A DNA stretch of 64,000 nucleotides from Octopus sinensis (taxonomy: Eukaryota). The stretch is from NCBI RefSeq assembly GCF_006345805.1, contig NC_043006.1, positions 77,934,001-77,998,000 on the forward strand, written 5' to 3'. The notes beneath the pieces are model-generated. The model did not search any database and was not told the DNA's origin. It saw only the letters and a program-made list of their open reading frames with translations. Made by a program: the position numbers and the translations under genes. Positions 52,256-64,000 of this stretch are shown in pieces (position 1 is the first letter of the stretch; every line of letters starts with the position of its first letter).

Positions 52256-54134
52256 AATTATAAATTATTGCATCTGAGTCTTTGAATTTGGTATATTAAA
52301 GAAACTGGACGTCCCTTGATTCCAGTATACGTGATGAATAGTGTGGTTTGGATGATTCAGTATCCTCTATTTCTGCATCTGTCTAGGACACCGGTACTTT
52401 TATTGCGTACGTATCTTGTTTGGGCTCTGACAACTGTCACTGCCATGACGTTCACGAGAGTCATCCACCAGACACTTTCCTGTACAAACCCATATTGATT
52501 TTACCTCCTTCCATGATCAATCAGAAGAATAGATCTTGTGTCGCTGAGGTGTTTTATTGTGAAGCTTGCATACCTTCCGATATTGACCAATGTTTTAAAT
52601 ACTTCATCCAAGACTGCATTCAGTTACCTCCCATCTGCATCAATCTATACGCTTCTGCAACATTATCCTACACAAACTGCCAATATTCCAGTCATATTCA
52701 ATCTCTTCTCCAAAGTTTTCCCCAACCTAAAAATGTCTCCCTGGGAGCACAGCTGTATTATAAACAACTATTCGTCAGTAGCTCCATAACTACACATACA
52801 CCACCGCACGCAACATTACTTCCGTCTCGCTGCCGCCATTTTTTCATTTCCTTCTCAAAATCAACCTCCTCGCTGGACCCAGTATCAATGTTTTCAAATA
52901 AACGACTACTTCAATACACCACTCACAATCTCTTTTTGCAACTCCCTATATGTTCTTTGCTGTGAATTCCCTTCATATGTTATCGTTGTTTCTAAGCTCC
53001 CACTTCGCTATGTAACAGGAGCTTTCTCTTTGAATTACTTTTACTTCTTTTCTCTGTTTTATTGTCATTAATTCCAGCTTTTCACTTTCATTTCTTCGTA
53101 TTTTACTTCCACGTTTTTTTACAGATTTACAGATAAAAATATTACACAATCTACAACACGCACACACACATACATATAAACACATACATACACACACACA
53201 CACATAAACAAACAATATAAACACGCAGTTATACTTGCGGATATTTATCATCTTCAGTGGACACAAAGCGGAAATATTAATGGCAAAAGCGTGGCAAGAA
53301 GCTGTGACCTTTGACGTCAGTAAGATTTTATATGAATGTTTGAGTGAAAAGTCATTTTATATAAGCCGAACTTTGTATTGTAGTCCTGAATGCTATGAAA
53401 GTGTGCGTGTTTGTGTATGTGTGTTTGTTTATGTCTCTGTGTCTTTCTTTTTTTTTTTCGTGTTTATGTTAGCTATATGATAATATATTGGAATATGTCT
53501 TTTGAAATAAATGGTGCCTTTTGAACATTTCCACATTATAAAAACTGCTTTATTTTATTCTTTTTAGAATTGTTTCCAGCCTGGCTTCATATTTCGAAAG
53601 ATGTGTTGCTCATCGCTTTTTGAGCAATATTTGAAAGAGTTAAATTGTTATTGTTTTTGATTTTGTTGGTTGTGCTGCTGTGGACTCCTTTGATCACTGT
53701 TCATTATTTTTAAATATAATATATCTAGGACCGCCTTATCTACAGTGACATTTCTATTCGAAACATTAGGGTACGTTTGCTGTCTCGGGAAGGCTATCAC
53801 ATCACGCATAGGATCCCTCAATTGGCTGAAACATATTAATTGCTGGTACAAAACTGAATCAATATATTGAATACGGATGTTAGAGCTGTGCCAATTATAC
53901 TTAAATTATGTATATACATCGTCCTTTACAAAATAGCTAATGATTGTGAGTAAACCCCTATAAAATGAAGGTCAGAATTTGACGCTTCCGAATATATCCT
54001 TGGTCAGAGGGAAATTATTTTTATGAACTATTCCCTCATACAAAGTATCACAGAGACACTCTTAGTATGTTTATTTATAACTTTTACCAGTATCTCGCCT
54101 GATACATTTTTTTTTATTATGTAGCATACATCTG

Positions 54135-54300
54135 GAAAGGTGGGCAGCCTAGTGGCTAAGTTATTCGGCTCATGATCATAATGAAGTGGGTTGACTTCCT
54201 GAACCGGTTGGAACGTTGTATCTTTAAGGAAAGAACTGCATTTTACTGGACCAGATCTATTCAGGGGAAGATGAGTGTCATCCGAGTGCAGGTGCAGCTT
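54135..54300 (+). mobile_element. SINE family C head, diverged
   Basis: GCAGCCTAGTGGCTAAG...CATGATCATAA...TTCCTGAACCGG...CGTTGTATCTTTAAGGAAAG resembles the head at 15945-16060. Confidence 0.45.
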
Positions 54301-55858
54301 TCTCTCCCTCTTGTTGCCCTCTTGTTGTCTTTGTCGTTGTCATCGTCACCTCCGTAGTGCTGTTAAAAGACCTAGAGATTCGAAATGCAGCAAAAATTAT
54401 TAAATTTTATGTTTAAACATGTAAAGGGGCTTTATTGTCATTTAAGTAATAAAAAAGTATAACGTTTTACTTTGCTCGAAGCATTGCGATAAAAATGTAA
54501 AATAACAAAATGGTGAAGACAGAGAAATTCTTACAAAGGGAAATGTTTAATAGCAGTTCTTAACAATTCACTTCAAATGCTGGACTTCTGTGTATGAAAT
54601 ATAAAGAGGTTATTAAACATGTTTTTTCTTCTTTTACTGATTGTTAGTTCTCGTTTCTTACTATTTTCTTATTTAATTGATAAAAAGTGTATTAGAAGAA
54701 AATCTGAAATTCAGCTTGAAGACAGTGTTTCGTCATTTTAATGAATCTTGATTTTCCAAAGTTTTACATTTCAAACTTGTAAGAAATCAAGTGGTTAGAA
54801 ATCGAGTTCATAGAGAGACATTCTGTGATGATGTTTCGAGATGTTGACGAGCTTAATATTCCGAAAACAGTTGCAAGTTAACGATTCAGGATTGGTTGAC
54901 TTCTATACGAAAACAATAAAATACTCACACACAAATTCACATACACACAGACACCCAGAGACGCAAACAGACACACAAGAACACATTTAGACACACATGT
55001 CCTGCATACAGAAAGCACGCTCAATCTAATATGTTTCAGGCATTTTTGGAAGACAACTTGTTTACTGTCTTGCGAAATGATTCCTTTCACAGAAAATGTG
55101 TGCAACAAAATTTTCCAGTCGTGTTTCCGGATGATATTCATAGAACATTAAAATGTTAAAGAAATGGTCATTGAAGTTTAAAGTATCGATTTTTCATTTT
55201 ATCATTAGAATTCAACAATTTCCATCACAGCAGTCATAGGAAATTTATTCACAATGAATATAAAACGGCTGCTTTGTATGCAAATAGATTAAATGTTATA
55301 AACAAAACCTAATTAAAAGCAAAATTCTAAATTAGGAAACCCTTCAACTTTCCGCCTTCTGTAACATATTCATTAAAATAATTGTATTTGTCTATGTGTA
55401 TATAAGGGATGTATATATGAATATCGATATGTTCGTACATTCATACGAACACACAATCTGAGGGAGAGAAAAGAACCTTAAATGAACAGAATGATTACAT
55501 GCGAACGGTCACTCATGTGGTTGTTGTGATGGTGGTGATTGTGGTGGTTGTTATTGATGTTTCCCTTCCACAGACTGAATATGAGTTTATCTAAAGAATA
55601 AGGAATTAAAACCGGTACTACTCAAGGACGCTCATATCGACAGATAGTAAATACTGTCAATGCATGTCATCCCAGAAGAGCCCGCATTCCCTTCCCACAA
55701 TGGAGAAAGCGGTTGAAAAATTCAAAGAAGCAGATAGTGTCTTGCACAAACCATGTTCCGGACGACCAACGTAATGGGGGAAACGAAAGAAACTGTTACG
55801 GCTAAGGTTTTTGCTAGCCCTATATATCCACATTTTACTGTCTTCCTACTCTTATATA

Positions 55859-55929
<71 letters not shown>

Positions 55930-56266
55930 TATATATATATTTATATATATATTGTAAATTTAGAGTGAATTCTTGATAAGTGTAAGCACCTGTATATGCC
56001 AGATAGTGGCAGAGGTGAGAGAATATGTCAAATATAAATTAAAAACAGAACACAAAGGATATCGCGGTACACGTGTTTCAAGCTTTATAAACAATCTGCT
56101 ATTACATCACAATATAAAAAGTACATGTAGTATTACCTATTATAATAGGTTTATCATATCTCCTTGAAAAAGTATATTTGTATAATTGTATAAATGTATA
56201 AATGTATAAAGATTCATTGGATTTCAAAAGTCTGCTCATACTATACCACCATTCAGCATAGACTCT

Positions 56267-57197
56267 ATTACTTAAATTGATTGGTGTTTGGTTTAGGCGT
56301 CACTGTTTGTTCAACATGTCAAGAGCTGTACAGTTCTATATTTAAGAGATGAGGAATTAACTACATTAATATAATAATAACATCGAAATAATAACATCGA
56401 AATATACTTTAGGAATGTGAAGCCAGGTTCGAAATTTCCCCAAGACACCTGATGAAGTCTGGAGGACATATCAGCCGAAAAGTTGTGTTAACAACAAACA
56501 AGATGAGGACAAATACCCATCAAATGTAAATAATGTAAATAATGTCCTTGGCCAAATCAGTAATTTGGGGGCTATTTTTAGAAATGTTGTAAATATTTCT
56601 CATGAATTTTTACATTCCAACTATCATCATCAACATTATCATGTCCATTATTGTTGTTGTTGTTGTTGTTGTTGTTGGTGGTGGTGTGGTGGTGGTGGTG
56701 GTGGTGGTGGTAGAGGTGGTGGTCGTGATAGGCGTAGCTGTGTTAATAGAATTATCGTTATCCAACCCGAGCTAAATAAACAATAATATTAATACATAGA
56801 GGTACTATTTCTGCCGCTACGACTGCTACCACTAACATCAACAACAATACTGAAGGTGCTCATGATGAGGATAGAAAGAAAATACTAGCTAAGTCAAGAG
56901 AAACGTTTGTAAAAATAATATTATTTTGGAGTTTAAAGTTCTATTACCACAGCAACTCGTATTTAGATTCGTCAACAACAATAACAAGAACAGCAACAAC
57001 AACGTCGATAACAATAATAAAGGAGATGATAATAGTGATGATGATAATTGAAATGTAAAAATCCATGGGAAATGTTGTTTAAAACATTTCTAAAAATAGC
57101 CCAAAAATTACTGTTTTGACCAGCGTCAAAATATTGCTCACTTGACATGTTGAACAAACCGTGACTCCTAAACCAAACACCAATCAACTTAAGTAAT
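56267..57197. repeat. Older inverted duplication with a PLE-type insertion in the left arm
   Basis: 56267-56323 matches 57141-57197 (57 bp, 3 mismatches). 56549-56676 matches 56973-57122 at roughly 80-85%. Spacer about 300 bp. Confidence 0.85.
56445..56489 (+). ncRNA. Minimal type-I hammerhead-like motif with canonical CUGAUGA core, mutated
   Basis: ACAC-CTGATGA-A-GTCTG-GAGGACATAT-CAGCC-GAAA-AG-T-T-GTGT: stem I ACAC/GTGT, stem II with one mismatch, stem III one change away from ACGT. Confidence 0.55.
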
Positions 57198-57708
57198 TCA
57201 GTAAAACTACAAACTGATTGGTCCAGAATACAGTCTGCAAAACTTAGCATTCTGGAGCCTATACAAATGCCGTTAAGGCACACAGTTTAACTTAGTCATC
57301 TCACTACAGTTATAAATTGTAAAACATAACTGTCACCATTACTACATGAACCTGAAGATTGCATAGTTTAATGCATGAAAGTACTAGTTCAATCAGAATG
57401 GACATTTAATATTCTATCATGTCATTATATTATATTGTCTTATATTATATTATTATAAGATTGTAAATAAAACGTGAAAATCAAAGTTGGAATTTTTATG
57501 ACGGTGCATCAGCATGGCCGCAGATCTGAGCTGAAACAAGAAAAAAAAATATATATATAGTAACAAACCTATGGTTTTTAGAGTTACACATGTTATATAA
57601 TATTATGTTATGCTAGATATTATATTCATAGTATTTAACGTAATATTGTAATATCAATTATTGGGTTGCCAATTGAATATCTCTATGTTTAATTTATCTT
57701 GATATATA

Positions 57709-57756
<48 letters not shown>

Positions 57757-57847
57757 TATATATATAATTATTATTGAGGGAATATTATTCCTAACTTACA
57801 GGGAAAAATTCAATTTAGAAATACTAAATCAAATTTAACAAAATATA

Positions 57848-57880
<33 letters not shown>

Positions 57881-57888
57881 ATATATAT

Positions 57889-58105
57889 ACTCTTTACTCT
57901 TTCATCTTTTACTTGTTTCAGTCATTTGACTGCGGCCATGCTGGAGCACCGCCTTTAATCGAGCAACTCGACCCCGGGACTTATTCTTTGTAAGCCCAGT
58001 ACTTATTCTATCGGTCTCTTTTGCCGAACCGCTAAGTGACGGGGACATAAACACACCAGCATCGGTTGTCAAGTAATGCTAGGGGGACAAACTCAAACAT
58101 ACACG

Positions 58106-58160
<55 letters not shown>

Positions 58161-58340
58161 GACGGGCTTCTTTCAGTTTCCGTCAACCAAATCCACTCAC
58201 AAGGCTTTGGTGGGCCCGAGGCTATAGTAGGATACACTTGCCCAAGGTGCCACGCAGTGGACTGAACCCGGAACTATGTAGTTGGTAAACAAGCTACTTG
58301 TTGGTAAACAAGCTACTTACCACACAGCCACTCCTGCGCC
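57889..58340 (-). mobile_element. SINE family A, young near-consensus copy
   Basis: Full head (GGCGCAGGAGTGGCTGTGTGG) through a tandem (AAAGAGT)-type tail; 19-bp tandem duplication at 58281-58318. Confidence 0.95.
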
Positions 58341-58656
58341 TATATATATATAAAATTAGAAAAAAAACACCTTTTATCAAGTCAAAATGAACAATTAGAA
58401 AATTACATATAATAGAAATATTAAAAATAAAATAACAATAATACACCAATGATTAAATAAATTGCAAAATAATAATAAATATATACCAAATATATACGTT
58501 TTTATTATTAGTTTGCAATTTACTTAATCATTGGTATATTATTGTTATTTTATTTTTAATATTTCTATTATATGTAATTTTCTAGATGGTGTAATTTAAC
58601 TGTTCATTTTGAATTGATAAAAGGTGGGTTTTTTTCTAATTTGATATATATATATA
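58341..58656. repeat. AT-rich fold-back hairpin (arms about 140-155 bp, 21-nt loop)
   Basis: 58341-58479 is the reverse complement of 58501-58656 with a few substitutions and one indel of about 14 nt; both ends lie in (TA)n. Confidence 0.9.
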
Positions 58657-58686
58657 GTGTTATTGGACGCACAGGAAAGAATGAAA

Positions 58687-58753
<67 letters not shown>

Positions 58754-59049
58754 CACACATATACATATATACATACATACATGTGTATGTGAAGGCGCGT
58801 CCTAGTGTTTTGGATGTTGCACACACGATTGCAAGATTATAATTTCGATTCGTCAGCAAGACTCTTTATTTTACTTAGCTCCTCTGTATTCAGTTGTAAA
58901 TGGATAACCCTACCAACGACAGAATGCCGTCTCGTTCAGGAGAAATGCTTACACAGCCGCCTGGCCAGCGGGGTGGCATCACTCCAACTCTACAACAATG
59001 ATAGATAGCGCATTGTGATCAGTGGTTGTAAGAACATCCGTTAGTCGGG

Positions 59050-60605
59050 TCGATAAAACTAACATAGATAGAGACAATGCTATCAAAGATGAGACTAAAT
59101 TTCAGGAAAAGCGAAGTTAAATTATTGATAGGTTAGAAAGCTTAGCTAAAAGAGAACTGTTTATATCTCTAAAAGATAAGAAAACTAATTTCAGTAATGT
59201 AGAGCTTTAAACACAGTAAGGACTGGATTTGGTTTAATAGCAAACAATAAAATAAAAATACTAATGGATATTTGCATTAGATTTAAGAAGTAGTTTAAAA
59301 TTACCAAACTTCAGTAATAGGCAAATAAAAACACTGTAGGGTCAGAGTTACACTTTTGATATTGTAAATTATTATTCCTCGATATCGATATCTTTACCGG
59401 ATAAGGCTATTGATTTCGCAAAAGCATATGTCAATTTTGACCCCATAAACCTGCACTTTATCATGCATGCTCCAAAATCCCATCTATTTATTAAGTTACT
59501 GCTCCATGAGGGTTAAAAAATCCGAAACAGCTTAATTCTTTGATGCATCGATTGGATCGTGTGATAATGCAGCCATCTGTGATCGTGCAGGTCCCTATAA
59601 ATTGAAATCCAACTTCCCACTCCACGATATTGATCTATACCGAGGCGATTTTGTCTGTATATCTCATGACTGTGCTGGATATACACTTGATAAATCTATG
59701 AGAAATCATTTCTACATTTAGTCAATTTGGCCTTAAAATTACTGCAACCACTAATTTGCCTAAAGTATATTTCCCGGCTAACCTCGTGCTCTTATGAGCC
59801 TTGTCATGTCACCTCTAACATAATGTTTAAAGACTTGATTGCCAGCATCAGTAGTAGGTTATCTGATAGTATATCTAAAAAATATTTCATAAAGCGGGCA
59901 CTTACTAAGAATATCCTAGTTAGATATATGAAACATAAAAAATTAAATATGTGAAAGCTAAAAATAGACCCAGAAATATAATGTAATTCGCACCTTCTTT
60001 CTGTTTGAATGTTAAGACTAACAAAAGCAAAAGATACCTAGAATTATTGGGAAAGCTTTTCCCAGTAATGCATAAATACAGTAAATGTCTTAATAGACGA
60101 CCGATAATAATTTGATACAGTCGTTGCTCCAATAAGGACATCACTACTCGCAAGCCGCACCGAGAGCCCATTTCTAGCTGTAACTGTAGTGACCCTGAAT
60201 CTTGACCTCTCGATTTAGCATGTTTGTTAAACTCAGTCGTTTATGAATCTGAAGTCACAGTATACCACTAAATTAACAATCTAAAAGAATATTTACATCG
60301 GTTTATGCGAAAGCAATTTTAAAAGAAGATATACAAATCACCAGTTTTCCTTCCGACACAGTTAAAAACAGACAAAAAGTTGTATTCATGGGATCTGAAG
60401 ACCAGACCAGCCTCACACAATATACAGTCAAGGGAAGTATCATCGAAAAACGTATTCCATATATAAATGGATCAAAATGATGCAGGCTATCTATAGCCGA
60501 AAGATCAAACATTCTTTTTCTGTCCAACAAGTCGACCACACTACCTAATTCTGGAGACGAAAACTTTAGCAAATTCGTGTACAAAATTTCTTTTGTCCAA
60601 CAGAA
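59050..60605 (+). mobile_element. Decayed Penelope-like element: RT plus C-terminal GIY-YIG endonuclease remnant
   Basis: Reads DRLESLAKRELFISLKD; FDIVNYYSSIS..LPDKAIDFAK; FDASIGSCDNAAICD; DIDLYRGDF (YRDD decayed); NCSDPES*PLDLACLLNSVVYESEV; SIIEKRIPYINGSK*CRLSIAER. The motif order matches PLE RT-EN; many stops and frameshifts. Confidence 0.8.
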
Positions 60606-60859
60606 GGATATCACTATCCATGGATTGAGCCGGTGTCTCACAGACTTCGGCCCCTGAAATAATCTATATCAGCTGGATTAATTACAATTTCGATGGGTAC
60701 AGGAAACACAACTTTTCGTTTTCTGTCTTTCCTAGGTTTTATGTATACATTTCCTGGTTCCACTTTCTTCATTCCAACTTTTGCTTTTTTTCTCGTGTTT
60801 TCCCATAGATCAGCATTTTGTTTCTTCAATGAAACCATCCATGTGTATTCGAGCCACAA

Positions 60860-61109
<250 letters not shown>

Positions 61110-61434
61110 GGGTGGGTGAGTTTAGATAGGTAGATAGGTTGGTAGATACATAGATAGATACACACACATGCAAATCAGCCAAAGCACTAAATTACACACG
61201 CATAAGAAACAAATTATAAACAATACTAAAAAGCACATGTATACACCCATCTCTCGTAACACAGTATATCCCATATGGACGTGTCTACGTTGACATACAT
61301 CAAGATTTTCTGGCGCTTAACGCTTACCTCCATGCTCTAACATAACTGACAGAACAATCATTCATGCATACAAAATAGAACAGGAAAACCATAGCAATGC
61401 AAACACAAGAATTCTCATCCATTCGTTCAACCAT

Positions 61435-61466
<32 letters not shown>

Positions 61467-61784
61467 CACACACACACACACAAACACGCACATATATACA
61501 TACACACACACTCAATAATAGTCCCATAGACACGCCAATCATCTCCTAATTGCACACTAGGTTTTGAAAATTAAGACTCAATAATAAATCATGCGACCAG
61601 CGGACAAGGACTATTTACACTGGATTATCGCGTTTTTCATTATTATTTTCCTCGTCTTCTATATTTCAGTAAAGGATCATTTCCGAAATGTCATAACTAA
61701 CATTTTGCTCTCCTACGATCGTCAAATTAATCACTTTGAACCAGTCGTTCTCTCCACTCTCTTCTCTCTCTCCCTTTATAAATA

Positions 61785-61823
61785 CACACACACACACACG
61801 CACACACACATATATATATATAT

Positions 61824-61920
<97 letters not shown>

Positions 61921-61960
61921 ATATAATATATATATATATATATATATATTATATAATATA

Positions 61961-62035
<75 letters not shown>

Positions 62036-62125
62036 CATATATATATATTATATATATATATATATATATATTATATAATATATATATATATATAGGTAGA
62101 TATATATATTATATATATAGGTAGA
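61785..62125. repeat. Compound (CA)n/(CT)n/(TA)n/(GA)n/(GATA)n microsatellite
   Basis: Consecutive simple-repeat tracts. Confidence 0.95.
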
Positions 62126-62198
62126 TACTCTTTTACTCTCTTTACTCTTTTACTTGTTTCAGTCATTTGACTGCGGCCTTGCTGGAGCACCGCCTTTA
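62126..62198 (-). mobile_element. Short 3' fragment of SINE family A
   Basis: (ACTCTTTT)-type tail followed by CTTGTTTCAGTCATTTGACTGCGGCCTTGCTGGAGCACCGCCTTTA. Confidence 0.85.
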
Positions 62199-62214
62199 AT
62201 ATATATATATATAA

Positions 62215-62247
<33 letters not shown>

Positions 62248-62489
62248 TAGGTAGATAGATAGATAGATAAATAGATGTTTGTATGTAGGTAAGTAGGTAT
62301 GTAGGTCGGTAGATAGGTAGGTGGGTAGGTTGGTAGGTAGGTAGGTAAATAGATAGGTAGGTAGGTAGGTAGGTAGGTCTCGTGCATGTGTGTGTGAGTG
62401 TGTGTGTGTGCGTCCAGGATAAGCATTTCTCTTTTATTGCAGCTGACGTGCACTTCAGAAACGCCACACTGTTTGACTTTATAAATACA

Positions 62490-63900
62490 TGTAACATCAC
62501 CGATTAGCGGCGAAGCTTTTAAAGATACCGCTTATTAAACTTTCTGATATACTAAAAGAGAAAAGTGTAGGAAAATTGTTACTAATAACGAAGAGATGAA
62601 AATCAATTACACCTATGTCTCTTTCATGAACTTATTAACTTGCATCAATAGTTTGAAAATTTTTGAAAGGAAACTTCGCTTTGATTTTCCTTTCTTATCT
62701 TTGTGCTTGGCCTATAACAATTGTGTGTATTTTCAGTCGTCCTCTGACTTTTGTCGCTCTCGCTACATTCGTGTCTGTATTCGTTATCATTTGCTGTCAA
62801 TCTTCAAAAATTCTTTTAATCGATAATAATTTCCTTAGCGTTTCAGCTTCGTGTATTCTAATTTGGCCATAATCCTCATAACTTAGTTGCCACTCTAAAT
62901 TTTAAAGATTTTCATCATTTAATTACACGTCACACGAGTCAAACAACACTTTCATTATAGCAATATCATTGTCTAATCGAGGCTTTCCAAAGTGGAGTGA
63001 TTGTTTTCCTGTAGCCTCTGTTACTTCCGCCTCAAATTCGCTGAAATAATTTGCGCAGTGAGGGATGTTATTATATTTTCCCAAACAGCTCTCACATTAC
63101 TGGCTTTTACCGTGCGCCATGCCTCATTGCACACCATGCCTCATTAATATTTCCCGATGCATTCTTTATGTTAAAGTTCCTCCAAAAGTCGATAAGATTA
63201 ATTGCAATTTTTTCTGTGTTGCTTTTTGCTTTTATTTTCAACAAAGGAAAGCAAAAATATTTTTAGTAGTAGGCCTTGTATCCTGGTATTGCCTTTTAAT
63301 CTATGCTTTGGAATTGATGTCGCTCTTAGAAGTAAAATTGAGATTTAATAGTTTGACAGGTGACAAGAATTGGAACTGCTTCATCAAATCTCCAAATCCA
63401 GATTTAAAAGCGTACGACATGTTTCGGGTTCGGAACAAAGAACAATACTTGACATAGTCTTCCAGTAAACATTTGAGAAACCAAGCTTTTCTATTGGATT
63501 TCAAATATAATGGTAAGTATTGCTAGCTTAACCACTCCCAAACTCAAGAGTTTACGGCTATTTAGATCAATATGGGCTTAATTTTAAACTGGATATGAGC
63601 CTTAAGTTTTTAAATTGTAGATCGAAATGTTTCATTCTTCACCGAATTAATTTTATTCGGGCATCAGTTTCAAAACAATTCTGTTTCAATGGCTTAAGTT
63701 CATAAGTCAAATCTATAATTAAGCTTTCTTTTATTTCATAAGCTTTTAATTGTTCAAGTCATTGGACATTGGCCATACTGAGGTACCAACGAGTCTTATA
63801 TGATCAAATCGGAAGGCAGTACTTTAAGCTTGTCACATTATTGTATTAGCAATTTGGCCGAACTACTATCTTACAGGGATGTGAACAGTCCATTTGCAGT
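62490..63900 (-). mobile_element. Tigger/pogo-type transposase fossil
   Basis: Minus strand reads FKIKPILI...YLPLYLKSNRKAWFLKCLLEDYVKYCS; LIDFWRNFNIKNASGNINEAW; TDTNVARATKV...KKGKSKRSFLSKIF. The order matches the Tigger DDE_1 domain and C-terminus. Confidence 0.75.
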
Positions 63901-64000
63901 TGTAAGATTCTAGACACGAACAGAACCGCAAAGCTGCATACACACAGACGAATGTACGCTCACACATATACACACACGCACACGCACACACACGCATATG

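Noticed and set aside
53570-53791. Exon-like segment with a good acceptor (TTCTTTTTAG) and donor (AGG|GTACGT) and a hydrophobic stretch
   Set aside because: All three frames contain stops and no ATG precedes the hydrophobic run; at most a non-coding exon, which I cannot support.
55690-55775. MEKAVEKFKEADSVLHKPCSGRPT, like a Tc1/mariner N-terminal SGRP motif
   Set aside because: Only about 25 codons with no TIR or further motifs; plausible fossil but not supportable.
683-58288. Recurring peptide-like strings (PNPLTRLW..RGYSR, FFVSLVLILSV.FAEPLSY) in several ORFs, suggesting a gene family
   Set aside because: They are read-throughs of SINE family A copies.
650-58340. tRNA genes
   Set aside because: The A/B-box-like heads belong to SINEs and lack a complete cloverleaf or acceptor stem.
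63360-63518. Apparent exon ending in a perfect ATG|GTAAGT donor
   Set aside because: It lies inside the antisense strand of the Tigger transposase fossil, and the 153-nt version has stops in all frames.

Overview
AT-rich eukaryotic non-coding DNA. I recognise no host protein-coding gene, rRNA, tRNA gene or CRISPR array. Most ORFs in the track are translated microsatellites ((TA)n, (GATA)n, (ATGT)n, (GT)n, (GTA)n) or read-throughs of SINEs. From the SINE families and microsatellite load I infer a coleoid cephalopod, probably Octopus; this is recognition from memory and was not checked against a database. The window is a transposon graveyard. It holds many copies of three tRNA-derived SINE families (labelled A, B and C here; the labels are local to this report), RTE, R4/Dong-like and CR1/L2-like LINE fragments, and two decayed Penelope-like element (PLE) pieces, one with both RT and GIY-YIG remnants. 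DNA transposons include one full-length but frameshifted mariner with 37-bp TIRs and TA TSD, further mariner, maT-like and Tigger fossils, and two MITEs. Two patterns stand out. (1) Five minimal type-I hammerhead-ribozyme-like motifs, plus one half motif, of the PLE type with palindromic stem III. They fall into three sequence families, two of which share non-canonical cores (CUGUWGA, CCGAUGA) across copies. (2) An unusual density of fold-back structures, including three inverted duplications of different ages, each with a 0.28-0.40 kb spacer and no TSD. All protein-family calls rest on motif resemblance read by eye, and boundaries of decayed elements are approximate (tens of bp).
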